A DNA stretch of 64,000 nucleotides, from positions 352,001 to 416,000 of the forward strand of contig JBGARZ010000001.1 in NCBI GenBank assembly GCA_044229975.1, given 5' to 3'. Both the position numbers and the translations under genes were made by a program. The notes under the pieces were generated by a model. That model was given only the letters and a program-made list of their open reading frames with translations. It made no database searches and was not told the DNA's origin. Source of the stretch: Polyangiales bacterium. GTDB lineage: Bacteria; Myxococcota_A; Polyangia; Polyangiales; Ga0077539. Positions 25,557 to 35,307 of the stretch are shown here, piece after piece; position 1 is the stretch's first letter; each line of letters begins with the position of its first letter.

Positions 25557-26204
25557 TCAAGGACAGCCCTCGTCGGTCATGCCGTTGCAGTTGTCGTCCA
25601 GCCGGTTGCCACACGCCTCCATCAACTGCGGGACCACCTGATCGGAGCAGCCCCGGGTGGAGCCCACGCAGCGATAGGTGCCCGCGCGGCAGATGCCCAC
25701 GCCCTGGGTGCCCGGCGCCCCGGTGTAACAGGGAGCGGTCGCGATGTTGTCCACCGCCGTGTCGCAGTCGTCGTCGATGCCGTTGCACGTCTCGACCGCG
25801 GGCAGGATCTCTCCGTTGCAGGTCGTCGCCCAGCGACCGCTCGCACACCGCTGGAAGCCGTCGAAGCACAGCCCCACCATGCGGGTGCCGGGGTTGCCCG
25901 TGTAGCAGGCGCGCGTCGAGCCCATCTCGCACTCCACCCCCGCGCCGAGGTCGACCACATCGGGACTGTCGACCCCGCGGTCGGCGTTCACGTCCGCGAC
26001 CGCCACCTCGTCGCCTGGGACGTCCATCGGCTCCGCGGTGACGTCGCGCACGTCGGCGCCACCGGCATCGAGCGCGTCGTCGGGCTTGCCGAGGTCGTTG
26101 GCGCTCGCGTCGACGTCGTCGAGGCGACCGTCGCCCTCGGAGACCGTCGCGCACCCCAATACGACCGTCAGGAGGAGGGGAGCGGCGACGATCCGGCAGG
26201 CCAT
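25557..26204 (-). CDS. Cys-rich lipoprotein with repeated putative metal-binding (MopE-related) motifs
   Basis: Lipobox VVLGC; acidic linker; two repeats of CYTG.PGT..VG.C..G...C...P..E.C...DD.C. Confidence 0.75.
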   Translation of the reverse strand: MACRIVAAPLLLTVVLGCATVSEGDGRLDDVDASANDLGKPDDALDAGGADVRDVTAEPMDVPGDEVAVADVNADRGVDSPDVVDLGAGVECEMGSTRACYTGNPGTRMVGLCFDGFQRCASGRWATTCNGEILPAVETCNGIDDDCDTAVDNIATAPCYTGAPGTQGVGICRAGTYRCVGSTRGCSDQVVPQLMEACGNRLDDNCNGMTDEGCP

Positions 26205-26419
26205 TGCGGCGGATGGTAACAGCCAACCCGCCCGAGGCGGAGGAGGCGACCGAAGCCGCAGGTGCGACATCGCCCACAGCCGCGCCGCAAATCGTTCGGC
26301 GAACACACGAGAGCCCTTCAGGAGACGACCGCAACGGCCGACTATGGATGGATGTGTGACGCCGTCGAGCGTCCACAACCAACCTCACAAGATGCCCGGT
26401 GGACTGAAGGGAGTCAGCG

Positions 26420-26596
26420 ATGAAGCGTTTTGCCTGTGGCGATGTGGTTCCGGGGTGTGACGCGCGATGGGTCTGCTCGTCGGAGGAGGAGGTGCTCGCG
26501 CGCGTCGCCGAGCACGCCCGGCATGACCACGGGATGACGGTCATCCCCGACGAGGTGCTCCGCTCGGTCCGCGAACACATCGTCGACGTTGATTGA
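26420..26596 (+). CDS. DUF1059-like small predicted metal-binding protein (58 aa, absent from the ORF track)
   Basis: Hand-translated MKRFACGDVVPGCDARWVCSSEEEVLARVAEHARHDHGMTVIPDEVLRSVREHIVDVD; C-x6-C and H-x4-H pattern; RBS GAAGGGAG. Confidence 0.85.
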   Translation: MKRFACGDVVPGCDARWVCSSEEEVLARVAEHARHDHGMTVIPDEVLRSVREHIVDVD

Positions 26597-27740
26597 CCTG
26601 GACGCCACCCCGCGACCCCACGTGCTCACCGCCCAGGGTCCGTTCGATTGGGATCCGCTGCTGGAGCGAGCGCTCCGCGGTGACGGCGTCTCCATGGTGT
26701 ATCAGCCCATCGTCGACCTCGATCGCCTGGTCGTCGCAGGCTACGAGGCCCTCACCCGCTTCGCCGGCCCGGCCCACCTGACGCCCGACCGGTGGTTCGC
26801 CGCCGCCGCCAGCCGCGGGGTGCTCGCCGACCTCGAAGCCGTCACCCTCGGCAAGGCCCTCGCGGGCCGCGGCGACCTCCCGTCCAACTGCTTCCTCACC
26901 CTCAACGTCGAGCCCGAGTCCCTGCTCTCCCCCAAGGTCGGTGGCCTGCTCGCGACCGTGGGCGACCTCCGCGGGGTCGTCGTCGAGGTCACCGAGCACC
27001 GCCCCATCGTCGACCGCCCCGCCACCGAGCGCGTGCTCGACCTGCTGCGCCGCGCGGGCGCCCTCATCGCCGTCGACGACGCCGGAACCGGATACGCCGG
27101 GCTGCAACAGATCCTCGAGCTGCGACCCTCCATCCTCAAGCTCGATCGGGTGCTGGTGGAGGGCGCCGACACCGACCCCGCCAAGGCCGCCCTCATCGAG
27201 ATGCTCGGCGTCTTCGCCAGCAAGATCGACGCGTGGCTGCTCGCCGAGGGCGTCGAGACCCCGGGCGAGGCCCGCCGCCTCATGGACCTCGGGGTCCCGC
27301 TCGCGCAGGGCTACCTCTTCGGGCGCCCCGCGGCGCCATGGTCGGAGCTCAACCCAGGGGTCAGCGAGCCGCTCCGCGCGCAGACCACGCCCAAGCGTTC
27401 GGAGACCCTGCATCCCCTCGTCGAGGCCGCCGGGTGGGTGGGCACGCGCGAGGTCACGGAGGCCACGCAGCGCCTGCGCCTCCGCACCGCCGCCGTCCTC
27501 GCCGTCCTCGACGACGATCGCCGCCCGGTGGGCCTGCTCACCCTCGACGCCGTGCTCCGCGCCGAGACCCCGTCGCCCCTCATCGCCAACGTCCACTCCA
27601 CCCTCCGCGAGGTCGCCCACCGCCTCGCCACCCGCCGCCCGGCCGACACCTCCACCCCGGTGCTCGTCACCGACAACGCCGGCCGCTACCTCGGCGTCGT
27701 CACCATCCCCCGCCTGCTCGCCGCGCTCGCCAACCTCTGA
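26589..27740 (+). CDS. EAL-domain c-di-GMP phosphodiesterase with C-terminal CBS-like region
   Basis: YQPIV, YEALTRF, LNV, EVTEH, DDAGTGY, KLDR, AEGVE, QGY; CBS-like VLD...PVGLLT and LVTDNAGRYLGVVT. Confidence 0.9.
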   Translation: MIDLDATPRPHVLTAQGPFDWDPLLERALRGDGVSMVYQPIVDLDRLVVAGYEALTRFAGPAHLTPDRWFAAAASRGVLADLEAVTLGKALAGRGDLPSNCFLTLNVEPESLLSPKVGGLLATVGDLRGVVVEVTEHRPIVDRPATERVLDLLRRAGALIAVDDAGTGYAGLQQILELRPSILKLDRVLVEGADTDPAKAALIEMLGVFASKIDAWLLAEGVETPGEARRLMDLGVPLAQGYLFGRPAAPWSELNPGVSEPLRAQTTPKRSETLHPLVEAAGWVGTREVTEATQRLRLRTAAVLAVLDDDRRPVGLLTLDAVLRAETPSPLIANVHSTLREVAHRLATRRPADTSTPVLVTDNAGRYLGVVTIPRLLAALANL

Positions 27741-27743
27741 CCG

Positions 27744-28760
27744 CTACCGCTCGGCGGCCCGCAGCCGCGCGCGCAGCGAGGCGACCCACGCCTCCCGCAG
27801 CGCCGCGTCGCCCAGCACCGTGAGCCCGTCGATCCACTGCGAGCACCACGCGACGGCCTCGCGCACGTCCACCGGGCCGAAGCGCAGCTCCAGCGAGCCG
27901 TCGGGCGACACCCGCTCCTCCTGCTTCGCGAGCCAACGTCGGTCGCGCACGTACGCCGCCTGCGCCGCGTCGAAGCGCACGTGCACCGTCACCGGCGCGT
28001 CGGACACCGCCGGGCGAACGAGACCGAAGGGCGCGTGCACCAGCTCCTGCGGTCGCGGCCGCGTGTGCACGATGAAGTCCGACGGCCGCTGCGCGCTCGC
28101 GTCGGCCACCCACACGCCGCAGTCGCGCGGCCCCGCGATCACCCGGTCGAGCGCGAAGTTGCGCGCGTCGTCGAGGGACTCCGCCGGGTCGACGAGGCCG
28201 GGGAGGTACACCCGCCGCCCCTCGCGGACGATCACCCCGATGGGCCACACGACGCGCGCCTCGACGCCCGCGTCGCCCGCCCGCGGGCCGCTCGCGCGCC
28301 CGTAGCGCAGCATCACGGCGCGGGGCGGATCGTGCTCGGCGGCGGCGATCCATTTCATGAGGGCCCGCATGTGGTGCTCGTCGAAGACGGGGACGCCGCT
28401 CGCGAAGGCCAGCACCCGCGAGTTGCGGCGGCGGGTGAGAGCGTCGAGGGAGGTTCCTTCGAGGGGGAAGAGACCTTCGAGGAAGCCGCGCGCGAGGGAG
28501 TACGCCGCGCGGTCGACGACGCCCCCGTGCGGCTCGTCGTCGGTGGCCGGGATGAAGAAGGTCTTCCGTGGCGGAGAGCCCGCCGCGACGCCGCGCACCA
28601 CGGTGTACCCGCGGGCCGCGAGGTGCTCGTCGAGGTAGGTCTGGAGCGATCGGCGCGATAGCTCCAGCCGGGCGTCGGCCATCAGCTCGTCGTAGGTGCG
28701 CGGCGCGCGCTGGAGGGTCGCGATGAGGAGGTCGAGCTTGCGTGGGTCGGGGCGGGCCAT
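27744..28760 (-). CDS. WYL-domain transcriptional regulator (wHTH-WYL-WCX)
   Basis: HTH (SRRSLQTYLD), WYL-like R.V.P..I......VYL.G....RNFALDRV, WCX (AAYVRDRRW..Q...DGSL..). Confidence 0.8.
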   Translation of the reverse strand: MARPDPRKLDLLIATLQRAPRTYDELMADARLELSRRSLQTYLDEHLAARGYTVVRGVAAGSPPRKTFFIPATDDEPHGGVVDRAAYSLARGFLEGLFPLEGTSLDALTRRRNSRVLAFASGVPVFDEHHMRALMKWIAAAEHDPPRAVMLRYGRASGPRAGDAGVEARVVWPIGVIVREGRRVYLPGLVDPAESLDDARNFALDRVIAGPRDCGVWVADASAQRPSDFIVHTRPRPQELVHAPFGLVRPAVSDAPVTVHVRFDAAQAAYVRDRRWLAKQEERVSPDGSLELRFGPVDVREAVAWCSQWIDGLTVLGDAALREAWVASLRARLRAAER

Positions 28761-28806
28761 GGCGGACGCGCTGCGAGGGTAAGCGCTCGACCGCGGGGAA
28801 GGAGCG

Positions 28807-29844
28807 TCAGCTCATCTTTTCGAGGGTGACCACGCGGTAGGTGTCCGAGCGGTCGACCATGTTGCGGTAGAGGCGGGTGTCGGGGTTGCGGGCGAAGTTC
28901 TTGAGGGCGATCTCGGCCTCGGCGCGCTTGCGCGAGCCCAGCACGGGGATGCGGAAGGCGTGGAAGGCCTCCATGCACTGCTCGACGTAGACGTCGATGC
29001 GGGCCTTGTCCTCGTCGCGGGCCTTCACCGCTTCGGCCGTGACGTCGCACTCCTCACGCAGCTTGAATCCGTTGGCCTCCAGGAACTTGAAGCACGCCCC
29101 CCAGGTGGTGTCGGGGATCGCGTTGCCCCACACGATGAATCCGCCCGGCTTGAGCAGCGCGTGGGCCTTGCGGAAGAAGCGCTCGTCCTCGTTGGTGACG
29201 ACGCCCGCGAGCTCGGTGACGTGGGTCTCGTTGACCGCGACGAAGTCCGCGCTGCCGTCGGGGCGATCGAGATGCGTCGCGTCCGAGCAGGTCGCCTTGA
29301 GCCGGCCGCCGAGCTCGGGGACGAACTTGCGGTGACAGGTGCGAATGGCCGCGTGCTGCATGTCGACGGCTTCGTACGTCGCGCGCTTGAGCACGTTGGA
29401 GCAGACCTGGTGGGCGCCCGCTCCGGTGCCACAGCCCAGCTCGATGATGTGCACCTTGCCGTCGCGCTCGTTGATGTAGTTGCGCACGACGTCGAAGTGG
29501 TAGAGCCCGGTGTACGCGTTGCGCCCGAAGCGCTGGGGGTCGCGCTCCGTGGTGGGGGAGTCACCCCAGGCCGTCGGCCACGTGTAGCCCCAGGTGTTGA
29601 ACGTGAACTCGTACCGATCACCGTGCTCGCTCCGCACCTGCCCCATGGAGCGGTAGAGCGCGTAGAGCAGCGAGTAGAGCGAGCGCTTGTCGTAGTCCTC
29701 CTCGGCGACGTCTCCGTCGCTGAGGGAGATCTTGCTCTTCCGGCTCGCGGCACCACTGAGGATCCAGGCTCCGAGAATGAGCTGGAGCTGGTTGCGCGAA
29801 TAGTCGGAGTGGTTGCTCAAGGCGGTGAGGACGTCCACGGTCAT
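28807..29844 (-). CDS. Class I SAM-dependent methyltransferase, resembling lipid/fatty-acid O-methyltransferases
   Basis: IIELGCGTGAGA motif I, AVD, DATHL, LLKPGG; upstream FNTWGY..LYH pattern; AAGGAG RBS. Confidence 0.8.
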   Translation of the reverse strand: MTVDVLTALSNHSDYSRNQLQLILGAWILSGAASRKSKISLSDGDVAEEDYDKRSLYSLLYALYRSMGQVRSEHGDRYEFTFNTWGYTWPTAWGDSPTTERDPQRFGRNAYTGLYHFDVVRNYINERDGKVHIIELGCGTGAGAHQVCSNVLKRATYEAVDMQHAAIRTCHRKFVPELGGRLKATCSDATHLDRPDGSADFVAVNETHVTELAGVVTNEDERFFRKAHALLKPGGFIVWGNAIPDTTWGACFKFLEANGFKLREECDVTAEAVKARDEDKARIDVYVEQCMEAFHAFRIPVLGSRKRAEAEIALKNFARNPDTRLYRNMVDRSDTYRVVTLEKMS

Positions 29845-30197
29845 TCTCCTTAGCGGTCGGTGAACCCGTGGCGCATGGCGCAGCGGGCGGATGAGGGCAG
29901 AGGCGGACGCCTCTCCGCTCCGACTGTCGCAGTGGGAGGGAAGCGCGAACGCTGCCGAGGGGCGCGAGTTGGCCGGTGCCCCTCGCCGGACGGGGCAAGC
30001 TATCGTGACGCGCCCCCCGGCAAGAGCGATTCGTTCGCGACCCTCGTCGATTGCGACAACGGCTGGATATCCGTCGGCTGGGGCCCTTGGGGGGTCCCGC
30101 GCGACGATCGGACCGTGACGACCCGCGCTGGCGGAGTGTGCGGCCCTGACGAGCTGCTTTACACCGCTTCGCCCGCGAGCGTAGCGTTTCGGCCCCG

Positions 30198-31340
30198 GTG
30201 GTCGACGCGCCTGTCATCCCCTTCAACCGCCCCTCCTTCGGGCCCGCCGCCATGGACCACCTCGCCGCCGTGATGCGCAGCGGGCAGACCTGCGGCGACC
30301 GCGCGATCTCGCGCCGCTGCGAAGGCATCCTCGCCGACATCGTCGGGAGCACGCGGGTGTTTCTGACGCCCTCGTGCACGGCGGCGCTGGAGATGTCCGC
30401 GCTGCTGCTCGACATCGGTCCGGGCGACGAGGTCATCGTCCCGAGCTTCACGTTCACGTCGTCGGCCAACGCCTTTGCGTTGCTGGGCGCGCGACCGGTC
30501 TTTGTCGACAGTCGCCCCGACACGCTCAACCTCGACGCCTCGAAGCTCGACGCGCTCGTCACCGAGCGCACGCGCGCCATCGTGGTGATGCACTACGCAG
30601 GCGTCGGCGGCGAGATGGATGCCATCACGGACCTCGCACGCCGACGAGGCATCGCCGTGGTGGAGGACAACGCCCATGGGCTCATGGGGTCTCTCGGCGG
30701 CAGAGCGCTCGGGTCGTTTGGCGTGATGTCCACCGCGAGCTTCCACGAGACCAAGAACCTCGCGTGCGGCGAGGGCGGCGCCCTCTTCGTCAACGACCCG
30801 GCCCTCGTCGAGCGCGCGGAGATGGTGCGCGAGAAGGGCACCAACCGCGGGCGCTTCCTGCGCGGCGAGGTGGACAAGTATTCGTGGGTCGATCGCGGAT
30901 CGAGCTGGCTGCTGCCCGACCTGCTCGCCGCCGTGCTCCTCGATCAGCTCGAACGTCGCCACGAGATCCAGTCCGCCCGCGCCGCGTGCTGGAACACCTA
31001 CGCTCGCGAGCTCTCGTCGTGGGCCGCGGCCAACGGCGTCGGCCTGCCCTTCGTTCCGCCGTCGGCCAGGCACCCGTCGCACCTCTTCTGGTTGACGCTG
31101 CCGAGCGAGGACTCGGCGACCGCCTTCATCGCGCACCTGCGAGCGCGAGGCGTCATGTCGGTGCGCCACTACGTCCCGCTGCACCTGTCGGACATGGGCC
31201 GGCGCTTCGGTGGCAAGGAAGGCGACTGCCCCGTGGTGGAGGACTTCGCCTCGCGGCTGGTGCGGTTGCCGCTCTACGCGACCATCACCGCGGAGGAGAC
31301 GGCGCGCGTGGTCGAGGCGTGCGTGAGGTTCAGGCCGTGA
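30198..31340 (+). CDS. wecE: dTDP-4-amino-4,6-dideoxygalactose transaminase (WecE/RffA-like)
   Basis: IPFNRP, TPSCTAALEM, GDEVIVPSFTF, SFHETKN..GEGG, EKGTNR..F.RG.VDKY.W.D.GSS, HYVPLH, RLPLY. Confidence 0.9.
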   Translation: MVDAPVIPFNRPSFGPAAMDHLAAVMRSGQTCGDRAISRRCEGILADIVGSTRVFLTPSCTAALEMSALLLDIGPGDEVIVPSFTFTSSANAFALLGARPVFVDSRPDTLNLDASKLDALVTERTRAIVVMHYAGVGGEMDAITDLARRRGIAVVEDNAHGLMGSLGGRALGSFGVMSTASFHETKNLACGEGGALFVNDPALVERAEMVREKGTNRGRFLRGEVDKYSWVDRGSSWLLPDLLAAVLLDQLERRHEIQSARAACWNTYARELSSWAAANGVGLPFVPPSARHPSHLFWLTLPSEDSATAFIAHLRARGVMSVRHYVPLHLSDMGRRFGGKEGDCPVVEDFASRLVRLPLYATITAEETARVVEACVRFRP

Positions 31341-32218
31341 GCGGCGTGAAGGGCATCCTGCTGGCGGGCGGCAAGGGAACGCGGCTCTATCCGTTGACGG
31401 CCATCGTGAGCAAGCAGCTCCAGCCCATCTACGACAAGCCGATGGTCTACTACTCGCTCACGACGCTCATCGTGGCGGGCATCCGCGAGGTGCTGCTCAT
31501 CTCGTCGCCGGAGGACGTTCCGCGCTTCGAGGCGCTGCTCGGCGACGGGTCGCGCTGGGGGCTGAGCATCTCGTACGCGGTGCAGGTCGAGCCGCGAGGC
31601 ATCGCCGAGGCGCTGGTGCTGGGCGCGGAGTTTCTGGGCGACGACCCGTGCGTGCTGATGCTGGGCGACAACCTGCTCTACGGGCGGCTCGATTTCCTCC
31701 GTGAGGCCATCGCGGAGAACGGCGACGGCGCGACAGTGTTCGCCTACAAGGTGGCCGACCCGAGCGCGTACGGCGTGGTGGAGTTCGATGCGGGGCTGCG
31801 GGCGGTGTCGCTGGAGGAGAAGCCGCGCTCACCGCGCTCGGCGTGGGCGGTGCCGGGGCTCTACATCTACGGACCGGGCGTGGCGGCGCGGGCGGCGACG
31901 GTGAAGCCGTCGGCGCGAGGCGAGCTGGAGATCACCGACCTCAACCGGATGTACCTCGACGAGGGGCGGCTGCTCGCGCGACCGATGGGGCGCGGCATCG
32001 CCTGGTTGGACACGGGGACGCACGAGGCGCTGCTCCAGGCGAGCCAGTTCGTGCACACGCTGGAGTCGCGGCAGGGGCTCGTCATCGGGTGCCCGGAGGA
32101 GGCGGCGGTGCGGATGGGATTCCTGTCGGCCGAGGGGCTGCGGAGGTGCCTGGAGGGCATGCCGAGCGGGCGGTATCGGGCGTACCTCGAAGCGCTGGCG
32201 GAGGAGTTTGCGACGTGA
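31337..32218 (+). CDS. rfbA: Glucose-1-phosphate thymidylyltransferase
   Basis: KGILLAGGKGTRLYP, SKQL.PIYDKPM, LGDN, EEKP, PSARGELEITD, WLDTGT. GTGA overlap with wecE. Confidence 0.95.
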   Translation: MSGVKGILLAGGKGTRLYPLTAIVSKQLQPIYDKPMVYYSLTTLIVAGIREVLLISSPEDVPRFEALLGDGSRWGLSISYAVQVEPRGIAEALVLGAEFLGDDPCVLMLGDNLLYGRLDFLREAIAENGDGATVFAYKVADPSAYGVVEFDAGLRAVSLEEKPRSPRSAWAVPGLYIYGPGVAARAATVKPSARGELEITDLNRMYLDEGRLLARPMGRGIAWLDTGTHEALLQASQFVHTLESRQGLVIGCPEEAAVRMGFLSAEGLRRCLEGMPSGRYRAYLEALAEEFAT

Positions 32219-33213
32219 GCGCGCTGCGGCCGCACCTCTCGGTGGTCACGCCGACCTACTGCTGCGACGGGTGCCTCGAAGAGCTGCACCGGCGTCTCGT
32301 CGCGTGCCTTCCCGCGATCACGCCCAACTTCGAGATCGTGGTGGTCAACGACGGCAGCCCGAAGGCCGACTGGTCCGTCCTCAAGCGCATCGCCGAAGGG
32401 GATGCGCGGGTGAAGGCCATCAACCTGTCGCGCAACTTCGGCCAGCACTACGCGCTCGCCGCGGGCATCGACCACGCGGAGGGCGACTGGGTCGTGGTGA
32501 TGGACTGCGACCTCCAGGACGCCCCGGAGGACATCGAGCGCCTCTACGCGCGAGCGCTGGAGGGCTTCGACGTCGTCTTCGCGCGTCGGCTCAACAAGCG
32601 ATTTTCGGCCTTCAAGCGGGCGACATCGTGGGGCTTCAGCCGGGTGCTCGGCCGGCTCATGGGGCGCGACCTCGACAGCAGCATCGGCACCTTCTCGATC
32701 ATCTCGCGGCGGGTGGTGAAGAACCTCCGGCTCTTCAAGGAGCGCAACCGCGCGCACGGCCACTTCGTCGCGTGGCTCGGTTTTCCGACGAGCACCGTCG
32801 ACACCGCCCACCGCGACCGCTTCGCGGGAGAGACCACGTACACCCTCGGGCGGATGATCGCGCTCGCCACGGAGTCGGTCATCTCGCAGTCCGACAAGCC
32901 GCTGCGGCTGTCGATCCAGTTCGGGGCCGCGGTCGCCGTGTTCGCGTTTGCGTACGGCGTCTACCAGCTCATGCGAGCGCTCATCTGGGGTATCCCCGTA
33001 CCGGGTTGGACCAGCGTGATCGTGTCCCTCTACTTCATCGGGGGACTGCTCTTCGCCAACCTCGGAATCGTCGGCCTCTACATCGGCAAGATCTTCGACG
33101 AGACGCGGCGCCGTCCCCTCTACGTCGTGAAGGAAACTGTCAACGTCGATGAGCCGGAAGACCGCCCTGCAGCGCCGAGGTCCGTGATCGTTGACAAGCC
33201 CCACGGGGCTTGA
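32215..33213 (+). CDS. GT2 polyprenyl-phosphate glycosyltransferase (GtrB/ArnC-like)
   Basis: VNDGS, LSRNFGQH.A..AG, MDCDLQD.P, two C-terminal TM helices, GLYIGKIF.E.R.RPLY. Confidence 0.9.
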   Translation: MSALRPHLSVVTPTYCCDGCLEELHRRLVACLPAITPNFEIVVVNDGSPKADWSVLKRIAEGDARVKAINLSRNFGQHYALAAGIDHAEGDWVVVMDCDLQDAPEDIERLYARALEGFDVVFARRLNKRFSAFKRATSWGFSRVLGRLMGRDLDSSIGTFSIISRRVVKNLRLFKERNRAHGHFVAWLGFPTSTVDTAHRDRFAGETTYTLGRMIALATESVISQSDKPLRLSIQFGAAVAVFAFAYGVYQLMRALIWGIPVPGWTSVIVSLYFIGGLLFANLGIVGLYIGKIFDETRRRPLYVVKETVNVDEPEDRPAAPRSVIVDKPHGA

Positions 33214-33242
33214 GAAAAATCCGGGAAGATACGAGGAGCAGG

Positions 33243-33476
33243 ATGAACAAGACCGAGTTCTACGCGACGATCGACGAGATTCTTGAAGAGGCTCCAGGCA
33301 CCATCAAGGGGGATGAGCGATTGAAGGATCTCGCGGCGTGGGACTCCCTCGCCGTGGTGAGCTTCATCGCGATGATGCACGCGAGCCTCCAGTACACGAT
33401 TCCCGCCGCGAAGGTGAAGGAGTGCCGCACGATCTCCGACCTCCTCGCCCTCGTCGCCGACAAGCTCGCCGACTGA
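33243..33476 (+). CDS. Acyl carrier protein
   Basis: 77 aa, acidic, WDSL phosphopantetheine site, GAGGAG RBS. Confidence 0.9.
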   Translation: MNKTEFYATIDEILEEAPGTIKGDERLKDLAAWDSLAVVSFIAMMHASLQYTIPAAKVKECRTISDLLALVADKLAD

Positions 33477-33515
33477 CCTTCTTCTTCCCATCTCACCCCG
33501 CACGGAGCGCTCTGC

Positions 33516-34667
33516 ATGGCTGTCACACGCATTCAAAATGTCCGCGTGGCGGGCATCGCCAGCGCGGTTCCTGATCGCATTCGCACCGCGGCCGACGACG
33601 CCGTCCGCTTCGGCGAGGAGGAGATGCGCCGGGTCGTGAAGAACACCGGCGTGACGAAGCGCTCGGTGGCCGATCACCTCTGCACCACCGACCTCTGCCA
33701 GCACGCCGCCGAGCGGCTGCTCGCCGACCTGGGTTGGGACAAGGAGAGCATCGACGTCCTCATCCTCGTGACGCAGACGCCGGACTACCCCTCGCCCGCG
33801 TCGTCGTGCCTCATCCAGGCCCGCATGGGGCTCAGCACCGGCTGCGCCGCCTTCGACGTCAACCTCGGGTGCTCGGGCTACACGTACGGCCTCTGGATGG
33901 CCGCCAACTTCCTCCAGTCGGGCGGCGGCATGAAGCGGGCACTGGTGCTCGCGGGCGACACCGTCTCGCGCGCCGCGTCGCCGGAAGACCGCTCGGTGGT
34001 GCCGCTCTTCGGTGACGGCGGCAGCGCGACGGCGCTGGAGTTCTCGCCCGGTGCGCCCGCCATCGACTGTGTGATGGGCACCGACGGCCGCGGAGGCGTC
34101 CACCTGCACTGCCTCGCGGGCGGCTACAAGCACCGCTTCACGCCGTCGGACTTCGAGATGTTTCTCCGCGCCGACGGCATCGTCCGCAGCAACGAGCAGA
34201 CGTTCATGAACGGCGCGGAGGTGCTCACCTTCGCCATCGAGTCGGTTCCGCCGTTGCTCGCCGCGACGCGCACGGCCGCGGGCTGGAGCGAGGCCGACGT
34301 CGACCACTACGTCTTCCACCAGGCGAGTCAGTTCATGGTGAAGACCGTCGCGCGCTGCTCGCGGCTGCCCGCCCCGAAGGTGGTGTTGGGCCTGGAGGGC
34401 TACGGCAACACGAGCTCGACCTCCATCCCGCTGGCCATCAACGATCAGCTCCGCGAGAAGCTCACCGAGGGCTCGGCGCGCGTGATGATGGCGGGCTTCG
34501 GCATCGGGTGGTCGTGGTGCTCCTTCGCCACCACCCTCGGTCCGATGGTGCTGCCGCCGGTGCTTCGCATGCCCGACGTTCCGCACCGCGGCGAGTTCGA
34601 AGACCTCGCGCTCCACCGCGCCAAGACGGACGAAGAGGTCGAGCGCACGCATGGCATCTTCGGCTGA
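33516..34667 (+). CDS. Ketoacyl-ACP synthase III (FabH-family)
   Basis: TQTPDY, catalytic NLGCSGY, FGDG, FHQA, GNTSS.SIP, GFGIG.SW. Confidence 0.92.
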   Translation: MAVTRIQNVRVAGIASAVPDRIRTAADDAVRFGEEEMRRVVKNTGVTKRSVADHLCTTDLCQHAAERLLADLGWDKESIDVLILVTQTPDYPSPASSCLIQARMGLSTGCAAFDVNLGCSGYTYGLWMAANFLQSGGGMKRALVLAGDTVSRAASPEDRSVVPLFGDGGSATALEFSPGAPAIDCVMGTDGRGGVHLHCLAGGYKHRFTPSDFEMFLRADGIVRSNEQTFMNGAEVLTFAIESVPPLLAATRTAAGWSEADVDHYVFHQASQFMVKTVARCSRLPAPKVVLGLEGYGNTSSTSIPLAINDQLREKLTEGSARVMMAGFGIGWSWCSFATTLGPMVLPPVLRMPDVPHRGEFEDLALHRAKTDEEVERTHGIFG

Positions 34668-35307
34668 CGAAGACGACTGGGACCCGGACTTCCTCGCGAC
34701 CCTCCCCGACGGCCCGGCGGTGGGTTCGCCGCTCGACCCGTCGAGCTGGTACACCAACTACGGGGTGACCCTCACCGACCTCGCGGAGTGGAACATCGAG
34801 CTGCTCCGGCGGTGGCGAAACCACCCGGAGGTCACGCAGTTCATGGTGTACCGCGAGCACATCACCGCGGAGATGCAGCGCGAGTGGTATCGCTCTCTCG
34901 ACAAGGAGCGAAACCGGTATTGCTTCATCTCCTATGAGAAGAAGCCCATCGGCATCTGCCACACCAAGAACATCGACCTCGACGCCATGACCGGAGAAGG
35001 CGGCATGCTCATCTGGTCGAAGGAGCACCAGAACTCCCTGGTCCCCTTCCGCGCCGCCCTCGCCGGGCTCGACTGGAACTTCCTCAAGCTCGGCTTCCGC
35101 GCCATGACGGTCACGGTGCTCAGGTCCAACCGCCGGGCCATTCGCTACAACCGCGCCCTGGGATATCGGTTTGCCGACCCCGATGGCGCGGGCGAGACCC
35201 TCATCGGCACGCTCACCCCGGAGGACTACCTCGCGGCGACGGTGTCCGTGAAGCAGGTGCTCCTGGCCGAGGACGCTGCCCGCGCGGCCTCAGCCGACGG
35301 GGGCTGA
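34651..35307 (+). CDS. GNAT N-acyltransferase (PseH/RimJ-like)
   Basis: LLRRWRNHPEV..M....IT.EMQ..W and VL.SN.RAIRYN..LGY, as in sugar N-acyltransferases. Confidence 0.8.
   Translation: MASSADEDDWDPDFLATLPDGPAVGSPLDPSSWYTNYGVTLTDLAEWNIELLRRWRNHPEVTQFMVYREHITAEMQREWYRSLDKERNRYCFISYEKKPIGICHTKNIDLDAMTGEGGMLIWSKEHQNSLVPFRAALAGLDWNFLKLGFRAMTVTVLRSNRRAIRYNRALGYRFADPDGAGETLIGTLTPEDYLAATVSVKQVLLAEDAARAASADGG

Noticed and set aside
29845..30197. SAM/SAH riboswitch upstream of the methyltransferase
   Set aside because: Several GC hairpins exist (e.g. 29956-29985), but no recognisable riboswitch consensus; such hairpins are expected at this GC content.
30374..32218. Long ORF-track calls (614 aa here; also 23886-25292, 37485-39041, 44307-45806, 58078-60204) read as fusion proteins
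   Set aside because: The N-terminal extensions overlap neighbouring real genes; internal starts give normal-length proteins.
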